From Octopus vulgaris (lineage: Eukaryota), in contig OX597823.1 of assembly GCA_951406725.2 (NCBI GenBank), positions 92,070,001-92,134,000 of the forward strand: a stretch of DNA of 64,000 nucleotides. The letters run 5' to 3'. Below are positions 13,191-27,581 of this stretch, one piece after another. The notes below the pieces were generated by a model. That model was not told the DNA's origin, searched no databases, and saw only the letters and a list, made by a program, of their open reading frames with translations. A program made the translations under genes and the position numbers. Position 1 is the stretch's first letter. Every line of letters starts with the position of its first letter.

Positions 13191-14821
13191 GTTATAGTTT
13201 TGCCCCTTCTTTCATCCCTGTACCATTCTGTTACGTGGTATTTATTTCCATGTAGAAGAAGAAATGTGCCATAGAAAGTTAAACGTGAATAGCGCAGAGT
13301 TAGATAAAGATGCATTATACCAGGTTATGATGTTGCCCCTAAATTTCGTTGATCCACTTGAGTAGTTTTAGCGTTTGAAGCCCATTTCAGGCTAGATTGT
13401 ATCAACCTATTCCAGCCATGACCATTCCATATGAAAGATGTCTAGCACTACATTATCCTGTTGATACTTTATGTAAATTGATTCAAGGGATATAAATGTA
13501 TTATTTCCACTAGGTGGAGCTACCACGCTGCGATTCTCTCGGTGAGTGTGTCATATAGATGTGTACTTGTTTCGAGAAAACTGAGATGGCTCTTTCAAAA
13601 GGTTCAGTCCTATTGTTGTTATCTTTTAAAGTTTATCGAACTTTCGTTCAAGAGCTAAGTTACAGGGATGTAAACATACCAGCACCGGTTATCAACCGGT
13701 GTCGGGATACAAATACAGAGACACACACTTATATATATATATATATATATAGTGCACGCTTCTTTCAGCTTCCGTCTATTAAATCCGCTCACCACACTTT
13801 GGTCTGCCAGGGGCTGAAGCAGAAGGTGCTGCACGGCGGAATTGAACTCAAGATTACACGGTTGAGAAGCAAGCTTCTTATCCACACAGCCATGCCTGTG
13901 CCTCTATGTTTACATTTGTTCTGATAATAATATAACACTGAATGCGATAAACTAGATACAAGGACAATTTCTGAAGAATTATGAATTATAGCTGATTGAA
14001 TAAACTTCAATATATAAAGCATAACTATTTTGTTGACTCCGGAGGGATGAAATATCACGCTGGCGATGTATTGAATGAAGAATACAGGAATAAAAATAAA
14101 TACTACGGGACTATTTTATTCCAGCATATTTCTGTATACACAAATTAACTCGCCATACGTATAATATATTAAATCAACTATATAATAAAATTTGGAAGAA
14201 TGCACGCAATTAATTTCACTATTGTGTACACACACCTTATGCTTTACCTGATTTAAAATATTAAATTTCATATATGGAAATATAATTACATTGCAACACC
14301 AACCGTGTTTCCCTCAAGAGTAATCTGAACCAGAGAAACGGGTTGGTTGTTTGTCGATTCTCCAATTTTATTCACTGATACAAGAGTTGTGTGAATTTTT
14401 ACCGCAATCACTTTAGGGAAATTTAATATTTTCGAATATACATTCAGAAGTAAAAGTCTGCGATATTGAGATATTAGCATCAGATTTGGTAATGTTTGAA
14501 CAGACATGTCAAGTTTCCTTAATATATTTATAATATGGAAATAATACATACATATGCAAACACATACGTGTATGTATTCATGCACAGACATATATATATA
14601 CATATACATGTGAATGATATATATACATATATACATGTAAGTATGTATATGTGTGTGTGTGTGTGTGCGAGTGTGTGTATTATGTTGGAAGAAAATAATC
14701 TTATTTTGTACAGTATTGTATAATAGTTTTACTATTATGAGTCTAATATATTCTTTAGTCTTTTAAAACAAGTATTCTGTGATTTTTCATCTTATTTCTT
14801 TCCGTTAGTGTGTATATATAT

Positions 14822-15172
14822 AGTGAGAATTTGCAAAAAAAAAAGACGAAAACGGGTGTGTAAACAACAAACACATGTGTTAGTTTAAAGCTAGGGAAGT
14901 GAGAAAGTATTTTACGTTTCGAGCCGACGCTCTTCAACAGAAAGGAACACAGATATTAACGGGGAGAGAAAGCAGAAAAGGATTAGTGGCTAGCGATCTA
15001 TCATAGCGAATGACGCACAGAGGGATCACATAGAAGATCTAGGAAGAAGGGGAGATAATAAAGTATTAGAGTTCCCAAAACAAAGGTGCGCGTGCGCTGT
15101 GTATGTGAGAGCGTGTATGTGCGTGTAGAAGGGGGATGGTGACCTTGACGCGTGTGCGTTTGTGCACGTAGT
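14822..15172 (-). mobile_element. Non-autonomous Penelope-like terminal fragment carrying an HHR motif
   Basis: First ~150 bp are clearly homologous to 62768-62925; contains the HHR motif; abuts (TA)n. Confidence 0.5.
14908..14945 (-). ncRNA. Hammerhead-like motif with variant core CUGUUGA
   Basis: Minus strand CTTT-CTGTTGA-A-GAGC-GTCG-GCTC-GAAA-CGTA-AAAT: perfect stem II, ACGT stem III, TTT/AAA stem I. Confidence 0.55.
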
Positions 15173-15188
15173 AGTATATATATATATA

Positions 15189-15263
<75 letters not shown>

Positions 15264-15468
15264 CACGAAAAGTGGACGTCAACATCTAGATATAGACGTC
15301 AAATCCATTCACCACAAAAGATTATATTATGTTTTTGTGGTGAATGGCGATTTGACATATCTGCTGTGACTTCCCTTTTCGTTCGTCCTTAATATATATA
15401 TATTTTAATCTTCGATTCTTCTTTAATATGCTAGACCACTGGTCTTAATTGATAAATATCAATTCTAC

Positions 15469-15527
<59 letters not shown>

Positions 15528-15920
15528 CACGTGTATGTACACATATACATACGATTTATTCTTTTTTTTATTAATGTTAAATGCAAAAAGAGCAAAAGCG
15601 TGTGGCCTGGTGGTTAGGGTGTTGCGCTCACAATCGCCAGATCGTGCTTTCAGGTCCTAGACGGTGTGGTGCGTTGTGTTCTTGAGCAAAACACTTTATC
15701 TAACGTCGCTCTGCAATCACTTCGACACCATATGAAGTGGCACACAGCGCACCCGTTCAGGCAACGTCGATCGGATAGAGAGAGTGAGCTGAGTTACGGC
15801 ACTAACATTTGATCACCATAAACAAACCATTTGTGTAGTTTGTTCACCAAAGGCAGAATCTTAAAATGTAATCTTCGAAGGAGAAGAGTCCACCATTATA
15901 TAATGCATTTATGAATATAT

Positions 15921-16190
15921 ACAAGGGTCAGTGAAAAAGCAATGCCATTAGGATATGGATAATTACCTACACAGGAACATGTATCATACATCAAAATGAA
16001 GTTGGTCCTCTGTGGATCAACATAGTCACTGTTTCTCTAAATAGCAATGTTCCACCTTCGAATGAGAGCATGTATCCCTGCTCCGTAAAATTCTGTTGAC
16101 TGTTCTTTGAGCCACTTCTTTACTACAGTTTTCCCTTCATCATCACTGGAATAATGTTTACCTCTCAAACCCTCTTTCATGGGACCAAAG
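15921..16190 (-). pseudogene. Mariner transposase C-terminal fragment with terminal sequence
   Basis: Minus strand FGPMKEGLRGKHYSSDDEGKTVVKKWLKEQSTEFYGAGIHALIRRWNIAI*RNSDYV matches the mariner C-terminal pattern (I..L..RW......GDYV). Confidence 0.85.
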
Positions 16191-16218
16191 GGATGATGGT
16201 CCAGTAACCATGATAGTC

Positions 16219-16470
16219 GGGCATGTGGCCTTGTGGTTAAGAGCCCACGCTACTAACCTCAAGATTCCGAGTTCGATTCTAGGCAGTGATCTGAATGATA
16301 ATTATAACAGTGATAATGATAATAATAATAACATCGAAAAATACCTTAGGAATGAGAACCCAGGTTCGAAATTTCCCCAAGACACCTGATGAATGCTACA
16401 GGGTATATCAGCCGAAATGAGTTAACACCAAACAAGGTGAGGACAAATATCCGTCGAATGTAAATAATGA
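16219..16470 (+). mobile_element. tRNA-derived SINE with an internal (AAT)n spacer and an HHR-like 3' segment
   Basis: A box TGGCCTTGTGG (16226-16236), B box GAGTTCGATTC (16269-16279), then CTGATGA (16386)...AGCC-GAAA (16414). Confidence 0.55.
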
Positions 16471-17159
16471 AATGGTGAATATACTGAGATATTAAATCTT
16501 CATATCAAAATAATCAGGATACTGACATTGAAAGCAGAAGAAATCCTTTTTTATAAGAGAAGTAGTGAGAGATATTAAAGAAAGGAGCTGCATTGACAAA
16601 ATCCCTTGATTTGCTCATCGCCATAGAGAACGCATACTAGAAATATAGAGAAGACAAGTGACTCAATGGTTAGGGTTTTCGGCTAACGATCGTTGTGGGT
16701 TCATACAGTGTTACGTTTTGTGTCCTTGAGCAAGACACTTGATTTCACGTTGGTCCAGTCAACTCAGCTGGCAAAAATGAGTAGTACCTGTAATTCGAAG
16801 GGGCATCTTTGTCACATTCTGAGTCAGGCTGAATCACTTTGATGTGTGTCTGTGCAATACTCAGCCTCTTGCACGTTAATTTCTCGAAGGGCTGATTTAT
16901 TGATCGAATCAACCGGAACACTCGTCGCCGCAGCCGACGGAGTCCCAGTTAACCTCTTGCAAAATTAGCTGTCTCGTCTCTAGATTTGAATATATTATTA
17001 ATAATTTCAGTTGCATCCTAATTGTTAGAATTTTTCTCTTAAAAATAAGATATTACTGTTATTATTGTTCTGATATTATAAATCGATATATTTAAGAATG
17101 AACAGAACATTATAATTTTGTGGTTATTTATTGAAATAGAAATGGTGGACGTTGTGAAA

Positions 17160-17206
<47 letters not shown>

Positions 17207-17247
17207 AATGGTGATGATGATGATGATGGTTGTGGTGATGGTGATGG

Positions 17248-17302
<55 letters not shown>

Positions 17303-17498
17303 TGTGATGATGATGACGAATGTGATGATAATGGTGATGATGATGGTGATAGCAATGGTGATAATGATAATGATGATGGGGATGATGATGATGACGATAA
17401 TGAACATAATGATGTTGATGATGATGGTGATGATGATAATGATGATGATGATCATGATGATGGTAATGATGATGGTAATGATGATGATGATGATGATG

Positions 17499-17536
<38 letters not shown>

Positions 17537-17572
17537 AACGATGATGGCATTAGCGGATAATGATAATGATGC
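17160..17572. repeat. (GAT)n microsatellite
   Basis: Direct reading. Confidence 0.95.
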
Positions 17573-18292
17573 TGATATTTCAAAACGAGACAAATAATAA
17601 CAACTTACAATACACCGCATAACCTTAGAAATCATAGAACAAACAATAACAACGACAAACTGTCTGCACACGCAAACACAGGCACACAAACAGACACACA
17701 CACACACAATCACACACGCACTCACGCATGCAACATACACCCACACATATAGGCGCAGGTGTGGCTGCGTGATAAGAAGCTGGCTTCTCAAGTACATGGT
17801 TCCTGGTTCAGTCCCAATAAGTGGCACCCTGGGCACTCTATAGCGTCGGGCCGAGCGTAGCTTTGCTGCTGGATTTGGTAGACGGAAGCTGAGAAGAAGC
17901 CCGTATATGTTTTGTGTGTGTGTGTGTGTGTGTCTGTGTCTGCCAACCACTGGTTCATAACCGGTGTTGATTTATTTACGTCGAAGTATCATAGCGGTTA
18001 GGTAAAAGGAGCTACAGAATAAATATCCAGCTTAAAAGAAATATGTACTGAAGTCGATTTATTCAACTAAAATACTTAAAGGCGGTGCCCCAGCATGGCC
18101 ACACTCTAATGATTGAAGCATGTAGAATATATAGAAGCGAGCGATAAAAATTGTGAATAACAGAGAGAGGATTGATGGTGTAAGATAGAGGGAAAGTGAT
18201 TTGTAGATATCAAAGTTGGAGAATACAACAAAATTATATATTTTTGTTAATATTTATCGGCAACATTCTCTCTCGGATGCAGATATGTATAC

Positions 18293-18344
<52 letters not shown>

Positions 18345-18345
18345 C

Positions 18346-18378
<33 letters not shown>

Positions 18379-18394
18379 CTTATATATATATTTT

Positions 18395-18435
<41 letters not shown>

Positions 18436-18527
18436 TATACATATATATAAACATACATATATATATATATATGCATATATATATATATACATATATATGT
18501 ACATATATGTGTATATATATATGTGTT

Positions 18528-18590
<63 letters not shown>

Positions 18591-19733
18591 GTATGTTTGT
18601 ATGTATATAAAGCAAAGGAATATTTTACACGTAGCTCTGCATGCGTTTCATTAAGAGGTTTTCTTGGTTTGTAACTGTATCTTTCAAATGCATTTGCTAA
18701 TCCTCTCTCTGTCTCTCACCCTCTCTCCTACTCTCTTCTTTTACTCTCTCTTACTCACTCTCTGTGTCTCCCTCACTTTGTCTCTCACTAACTTTATATA
18801 TATACATATACATATGCATATATACACCCATGCTCAAATATATAAATTCATACACACACATATAAACAACTTGCACATACACATATCCCATTTCGCTATT
18901 TCCACGCAAACTGAATGAATTGTAATCATAATAAACAGTTACAAGAACAACTGAAACAACATTCTCAACAAACAATAACAATGCATACAGAATGTAAAAT
19001 GAATTTACATAAAATTCGAGGTTGCTGTAGTTTTTATTGTCTATCAAACGGTTCACTCATTGTCTTGCTAGGTAGAGTTGTTTACGCGTTGATCGTCACT
19101 CTGCTCCAAAATCTAATACAACAACAGCAACAACAACAACAACAGCGACAGCAACACCAACAAGAAAGTTAGAAGAATTCTGTAAAAATTCCAAAGAAAA
19201 AGAAAATCGACTCAGATAAACAGCAATGATTTTCACCAGGATGTTCACAAATTATGTTTGACGTGATGACAAATATTATCTAATGTCTTTTATTAATAGA
19301 ATTTTACAACGCTAATTTATTTGACACCTAAGCCATAATTAGTTCACCAGTGCTTAATATCTTGATAAAGGTAGGATGGAAACTAAGAGAGAAAAAAGAA
19401 AAATGAAAAGGAAAAAATATTAACTTGAAATTCGGTATTTATTTAGAAGTTAGAAAAGTCAAAAAATAAATTATTTATTTCTAACATTGCTGTTGTAAAA
19501 TGAAAACTTGTCGCGTTGATCATGTGGTGAGGAAAAATATAAATCGGTGTTGTATGTGTTTTTGTGTAGGGAGTGAGGGTGGGTTGTAGTGGTGGTGGTG
19601 GTGTGGTAGTGTGGTGATGTGTGTGTGTGTGTTTGTGTGTGTGGGTGGGTGTATGCAGTGGTTTTTCGTTATTCGTTGTTACGATTGCATTCTCAATGTA
19701 AAATGATTCTAAAGAGACTTTATCTTTAAATGA

Positions 19734-19734
19734 C

Positions 19735-19765
<31 letters not shown>

Positions 19766-19886
19766 AAGAAAGATAACTGGACAGATAGATAGATAGATAG
19801 ATAGATATATAGATTGATAGATAGATAGATTGGTAGATAGACAGATAGACAGATTGATAGATAGATAGATAGATAGATAGATAGAC

Positions 19887-19929
<43 letters not shown>

Positions 19930-19934
19930 CAGAC

Positions 19935-19994
<60 letters not shown>

Positions 19995-20007
19995 TGACTG
20001 ATTGATT

Positions 20008-20048
<41 letters not shown>
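19734..20048. repeat. (GATA)n microsatellite
   Basis: Direct reading. Confidence 0.95.
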
Positions 20049-23000
20049 CGCGGAGTGTAAGTGGAGGGCGCCTAAAGCAGGTTTTACTCAATGTGCAACA
20101 CATCGCATGTTCCTGACAGGTCTTTGAACAACCGATATAACACAACCTACAGCTCTGTGCTCCCTGTATCGCATCACCATTACTGCTTGAATTCCATATC
20201 TATACCTTTGGCTCTAGTTTTACATTCTATTCCAGTATATTGGCACTTCTTACTGGATTCCGTCGTCATTTCGACAAATGAAGGTCCAACAAAGCAAAGG
20301 TAAAAAAGAAACAAAAAAAAAAAGAAGAAACCCATCACCGCCCTATATCCGCCGGTGCGCAGGTTCCAAAGTACAGGTGCTCCGTCAATTACGATGATAA
20401 GTATTACAGTTGATCCGATCAACGAAACAACCTGCTCGTGACATTGACATACAAGTGGCTGAGTAATCCAGAGACACGCGTACATTTAACGTAGTTTTCA
20501 GTGATATTCACCGTGACACAGGATCTGATAATGCTGGCCCCTTTTGATATACAGGTACAGCTCATCTTATCCAGGTGAGTAGATTGGAAAAAATGTGAAA
20601 TTTAGTGTTTTGCTCAAGGAGACAACGCGTCACCGGGAATCGAAACCTTAACTACGAAGTCACGCGTGGCTTAGGGTTCAAAGTGAAGACTTCCAGTAGC
20701 ATCCTCTCTCTACCTATCTCTGTTTCTTCTTTCCCTATCGACACAGAACTTACCAAGAAAATGTGGTGTTGTTGGGGCTGGTGTCTTGATTTGCTGAAAA
20801 CCCTGTGCAATGAATAGTATTATAGAACACATGGTTTTCTGCCCCATTCTCACGTCCTCCATACCTGCATGGGTTTGGTGCTATGACTGCTAGTAGCACA
20901 GCTGTTATCAGCACGCAGGATTTCTGGCAAACTGTGTTCAGTTAGATGAGTTGCTAAATACCTGAAGGACCTCTTCTGCCTGGGTCCGTTGGGGTGCCCG
21001 TGCGAGACCTTATTCTCTTAGATGGAGCTTATTATACTCAACAGCAACAATATTCTATATCTGTTCACTTATATGGTTTCCTGTTCTGAAATTCTTCCAT
21101 GGTACGTTTTATTGATGTCACAAAAAGCCGAATATACTATGGGGCTCTCCGTATCATTTAATCAAGGTAACCGGATTTCTTAAATGTATGTCGAAGTTTA
21201 ACTCAAACATCATTCAATCACCAACGCCTATTTACATTTATTTTCATGCTGAAGAGACATGATGCAACTGGCATTGTATGTAATGTGTCTAATATCATAA
21301 TGTTCTTAGTATTTCCAGTTCTCTTACGCGATGAGTTGATAGGACCGTTAGCACACCAGACGAAATAATTAGTCGCATTCCGTCCGTCTTTACGTTCTAA
21401 GTCTAAATTGTGCCGCGGTCGACTTTGCCTTTCATCATTTTGCAGTTTATAAAATAATTACCTTTGGACCCTGGTGTCGATTTAATCGACTGGGCCCTAC
21501 CACCGAAATTGCCTTGTGCTAGAAGTCGCAACCAATATTTTGAGTTATCATCGGTGTAAACAAAAGCACCAGGAAAGAGAGAGAGAGGGGGATGGAGAGA
21601 GAGGATGAGAGAGGGGGACACAGAGAAGGAGAGAGAGACGGAGAAATAGAGAGAGAGAAGGAAATAGAGACAGAGCGAAGGAGAGAGAGAAAGAAGGAGA
21701 AAGATAAATATGAATTAATATCGCCATAAAACATGTGATCATATGTTATATGGTGTGGTAAAAGAATGATGTCTTGAGGGTAACTGAAGTGTGGGTTAAC
21801 TCGAGACATTTTGGGATCAACCCTCGAAATGTCGAGCCTTTGAAGAAAGATGTCACGTACAAGAAATGATTAGAGACACGTTGGCTTTAAAACCAGATCA
21901 TCTCATTGCGACAAAGAGAAAATGGACGATCCCAAGTAGTAAGCTTGCTAATGTTTGCGATAAATTTCAAGCAAATTAACGATGATGATGATGGTGAAGA
22001 TGATGATGATGATGATGACTTGCGGAAGAATGAATATCACAACTTCCACTAGTTTGGTGGAGTGTTTTTACTCGCGCGCACATGCGCGCACGTATACACA
22101 CACACACAGGCACACACATACACACTTTGCATGCACCATAATCATGTTGTAATATATATGTGTTTGCAGGTATGCATGTGTACGTGTATGTTTTTATTTA
22201 TGTGTGTGTGTGTACGTGTGTATGTATTTATATTGTGCATATGTTTGTATATCCGGATACGTTGTCGGTTGAACTGAAAAACCGATACACTTCGCACAAA
22301 ATTCTTTGCCACTATTCATTATATTCGCTAATTAATAAATAAAAACGCTACTAATTATCTCTGAATCTCCTTGCACGTATCGCATTTCAGCCTTTCGACA
22401 CAGATCAAAGTGTTGTATTGTTGTACATATTATTGTCAAATATAACATTTATAACACGTATGAATTGAAATGTTTACAACTGGTTGCAAATACCAGCTGT
22501 TGTCAAAAGTTTCAGGTGACCACGCGGCGCGCAAATAGATTAAGCTGGCCCCATTTAAGGATAATTATGTTGTTGCTGGAACTATTTATTGCTGAATCTC
22601 ATTAATTTTGAATTTAAATAGTTTTGAAATTAGTTATTACTAATAATTAAGATCGTATAAAACTAGAAAAGACAATAAACATTAAAGAAAATAAAGTGCA
22701 AACAGTATTTCGGCTCATGTTTAGCATTTTCTTCAAGACATTTAGCTGCGCATGATGGGTTCGGAAACAATTCTGATTCGGTGGCCTAAACTTTGAACAC
22801 ACTGTCAATACTATGCTTGTTAAAGAATACATATTTATAGGCGTAGGAGTGGCAGTGTGGTAAGTTGCTTGCTTACCAACCACATGGTTCCGGGTTCAGT
22901 CGCAATCCCTGGCAAATTGGGCAAGTGTGTTCTACTATAGCCTCGGCCCGACAAAAGCCTTGTGAGTGGATTTGGTAGACGGAAACTGAAAGAAGCCCGT

Positions 23001-23178
23001 CGTGTATATGTATATATATATATTTGTGTATGTATGTATGTATGTATGTATGTGTGTTTGTATGTATGTTTGTCCCCCAACATCGCTTGACAACAGATGC
23101 TGGTGTGTTTACATCCCCGTAACTTAGCGGTTCGGCGAAAAAGACCGATAAAATAAGTACTAAGCTTACAAAGAATAA

Positions 23179-23660
23179 GTGGGTGCTACTATTTTAAAAT
23201 TGTATGCGACAATGGTACGCCCACACTTGGAATTTGCATTACCAGTCTGGAAACCCTATCTTGCTCAGCATATAAGTATCCGGAAACGTTCAGTAGCATG
23301 CAACAAAACGAAAACCTGCCATCACAGGCATCTACCATACTCTGAACGCCTTGCTTCCCTGGGCATGGATACATTGAAGCTCAGACGTCTGGCAACTGAT
23401 TTGGTTGACACCCACAGGATTATCCACCATCTTTCCAACAACAACCTTGGGTACCTTTTTGAATTCCATATGACAAATACTCGTGAACATGCTTATAAAA
23501 TCAAAAAAACAACATAGCACCTATGACTTTCGGATTCATTTCTTTACGCTCAAAATTGCTGAAGCATGGAATAAACTACCCGCATCAGTTGTTACCTGTT
23601 GAGACACTATATACTTCAAAACTTCCATGCTTCCTGAAATCTGTCAACAGAACACCTGAT
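23179..23660 (+). mobile_element. CR1-group LINE 3' fragment
   Basis: [63 protein letters not shown]; directly truncates the preceding SINE. Confidence 0.85.
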
Positions 23661-23907
23661 GGCCATTTTTTCTTAGTTGTAATGCATCTGAATGCTGTAT
23701 ACAATGATTTAACAATTTCTTTCATTATATCATACATACACACACACACGCGCACACACACATACATTATTGATAGAAAAGTGGTTATCAAACTATCTCT
23801 CTCTCCCTCTCTCTCTGTTTCTCTATCTCTCTCACTATCAATAAATAGGTTTATTATACTTCTTCTTAAAGAGGTTAGAACTAGGACCAAACTACAATTT
23901 CAGCATT

Positions 23908-23994
<87 letters not shown>

Positions 23995-26900
23995 ATTTAT
24001 ACATATATTTGTCTGTCTGCCTGTCTGTCTGTTTCTGTTTCTCTCCACCTCTCTCCCTCTATCAATTCTATGTCTGTTTCTCTGTGCTTTTGTCAATCCG
24101 TCTATCTACCTATCAATAAAAACTTTACTAAACTTTACTAAACTTTACTAAATTTCTAAGAAGCCGATACATATATTCGCTTTAATATAAGTGCATGGCG
24201 TCGTAGAAACAATTACGACAATACATTCGTCTGTTAAAACAATACTTTAGAATACGCGATTGAAATACTAGAAGTTCTAAACGTGTTGTCTCCACCACTC
24301 ATGCAATAAATGCCAAACGTATCTATAAAATGTCCTCCTCAGATGAACACCAGTCTCCTGCGTACAAATAATAGGTGTCACCAACGAACATCTGCTAATA
24401 GTTTTATGATCATTTGGACCATTAAATATTATAGGAAATGTACTTCTTTGTTAGAAAGTTGTAATTCGATTTGAGTGTACACTGATTGAAATGGACAATG
24501 AGAATCGTTGGAGATAAAATAAAAATTCCGAATTTTAATGTAATTATTTTTATTTCAGAATTACTAATGTGATTTCTTTAATTATTTATTCAATTCACAT
24601 AAGAGAATTCTAGATTAAAACAACTAGTTGCGAAGATAGTTTGAGGTTGTAACCCACGTTAATGAGAACATCTGATCAGTAACCCGACTAACATCTTATC
24701 GTATTCCTGTAGATCTCTTGGAGACGCTTAAATCGCAAGTCTTTTAGCTCCACATAATAGAGAATTATTGAGTTATGAGCATGCGCACACACACACATAC
24801 GCATATACAGCATGGCTGTGTGGTAAGAAGCTTTGTTACGAAGCACGTGATTTGGGGTGCAGTAACCCTGCGTGGCACCTTCGGTCAGTGACTCCTGTTA
24901 TAAACTCAGGCTGAGCAAAACCCTGTAAGCAGATTTGAAAAGCAGAAACTGAAAGAAGCCTGTCGTAATATACATACATACATACACATATACATACATA
25001 CACACGCACACATAAACCTATATGAGTATGTGTGTGTGTGTGTGAGTGTGGTTGTGTCTGTGTTTGTCCCCCACCATCGACTACAACCGGTGTTGGTGTG
25101 TTTACATCCCAGTTGCTTAGCAGTTTTCCAAAAGACACCGATAAAATAAGTACCTAAATTAAAAAGAAAAGCAAAGTAGTGTGGTCCAATCATTCGACTA
25201 CAACTTCTTCAACGAAGTGTCCCAGTATGGCCACAGTCTAATGACTGAAACACTATAATATATTGCATACATACGTACATGCGTACGCACGCACGTACGT
25301 ACGTACACGCACATACATAATTATTCAACTCGATGCTCCTTGTAATTTGAGATCATACTTCGTTGAAGTTCACTTTATTCTCTGTCCACTGGAGGCTAGG
25401 TTAATAAATGACCAATCCAATATTGGTTGTTAGTCTTTGCTGTTCTCAAATTTTCTATTTTAGTTTAGTTCTGCTGGTAGTAAAGAAGATCGACGCGGAT
25501 ATATGCCCTTTTCTCTATAATTTATATGTTTATTTGTGTGTATTCGTTTGTTCGCTTCTCGAACATTGCGTTCTTGCTTCTACAACCTTTTCATCATTTT
25601 AATTGTACACCGTGTTCCTTTCTTGCTTGTAAATTGGCGCTTAATAATAGTGATTGATGAAGTGTGTGTTACCTAATCAAGCGAGATCGATATTATCAAT
25701 GATTTCTCTGGTGATGTCCGTTAAAATCATACTATGCCCATAGGTGGCTCCTTCACCGTTAACGAGGATTAAATTTCCCTCTAAACGTGTAAATACGTTT
25801 TCTGAATTGGATTCTTCTTTTTATTGTAATTCAGTCTCCTTGAGAGATGTGGACCATTACAATCATATCTTTATCCTTTCTTCAATTACGACGAAATATT
25901 TCTATCTGTTGGGTATGTTTGTGTTCACCAATTTGTACATCACTCATTAACTTATTGGAAAAAAAATTATCCTCGAACTGATGGTTACATGAAATTTCAC
26001 CGTAACCCTTTCTGCCGACGGAAAAAAAAATTGCCGTAAAACAAATAATATTTTGTGAAAAAAAAAAAGAAAAGATTAGCTGATTTCTTAAAATGGCATC
26101 TTTATCAACTAACCTACCAGTGAGAGAAAGGAATTACCTTTCTGTCTACCGACTGTTGGAAAGGTAATTCCAACAATCTCCTTGTCTGCCTCTTTTAAGG
26201 CGAAATTACCTACAGCAAATTTTCACATGACAAAAATAATTATGGTGAATTTTCCAGAAACGCAAAGTGATAGGAGTTCCTTCTCGTGTATATAAGAGAG
26301 TGTTTATAAATATCGAAAGCAAAATGCATGGCAACAGATGTGGAATTGTTTAGAAGTGGCTTTTCGGGAGCATAGTTGAGAAAGTAAAACTCAGAACACA
26401 GGTGTTATTCGCAAAGAGAAGATTTAATTATAATATTTGCAACAGAGTGGGTTTTGCCAAAGGCAACCAAACGAACGGAGTGCTGTTAAATGAGGCGACA
26501 AATTTATTCTATCGCCATAGAACACGTGTGGTCACGCCGACACATTTCGCACACTGTTGTTGCCCATATTCTCTCACATGACCAGACGCTATAACAAGTC
26601 ATGTGCGCAGAAGCTTCGCAATCAGATATAACCTACAACAAGATGACTGTAAAACAAACTGCTTAATATTCACTTTTCCTATTTCTTTTTTTATAATCTT
26701 CACATTAATATTCCGGATGCTCACGTTAATAGATCATGATGTATACAGAGTGCGCCTAAAGAAATCTCAAGTTTTACAGATTGATAAACGTTTCAACGGC
26801 GAATACGTTGACCTTCAGTCTAAAACATAATGCAAACTGAAAAGAAAAAAAAAAAGGCAAGAAAATTGGCACATTAACTACGTTAAGACACTGTTACCAT

Positions 26901-27195
26901 TTGCTTAATTCTGTGTCCAGAGATATATTTGGGGCAGGCGAAATGTCACACTGAAATAAGTCCAGAACAGCTCTGGAATTATCAAAGACCTGTTTCAATT
27001 TCAAAAAATCGAAATACCTTAATGGGTTTTTGAACCTTATTTGTTTTTCATCAGAGATGTCCACATCATTCTGACTGTCTCCAAAGATAAGAAGAATTAG
27101 CTTTTTTAAAAATTTCCTTCAAACAAATCTGGCAGAATCATTTTCCCGTAAATTCTCTTTACATGGTGAAGTAATGTAATATCGACTCAAGGCTG

Positions 27196-27433
27196 GAAAA
27201 TGACCGTTCTACAAGGGAAAATTACTGTGTTATTGACCGCTATTTAAGACAAAAGAGCTATTCGAATGACCGCTAAGTGTAGGTATGAACAGGCGCACTT
27301 ACACGAATGCTGTGAACTTTTTGCCCCCTTACTTTACTCCCTTACTTAGCGGTTATTCGAATAGCTCTTTTGTCTTAATAGCTCTTTTGTCTTAATAACA
27401 CAGTAATTTCCCTTTGTATAACGGTAATTTTTC
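27196..27433. mobile_element. MITE or fold-back element with ~80-bp inverted arms
   Basis: gaaaatgaccgtt.tacaagggaaaattactgtgttatt..ttaagacaaaagagctattcgaatgaccgctaagt is mirrored at 27345-27433; the right arm has a 17-bp tandem duplication (tagctcttttgtcttaa). Confidence 0.75.
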
Positions 27434-27543
27434 ACAGCGTTGTTCCGATGGCCGGATAACTGAAAAGATGGCGGCGTGAATTTCCACCCCGGCATCCGAA
27501 ACTCAGAGTTTTATCATGGCTACCGAACAACTGTCACATATTA

Positions 27544-27581
<38 letters not shown>

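Noticed and set aside
13514-13541. 28-nt exon with AG/GTGAGT signals
   Set aside because: Weak pyrimidine tract, appears to lie in a decayed repeat, and no frame support.
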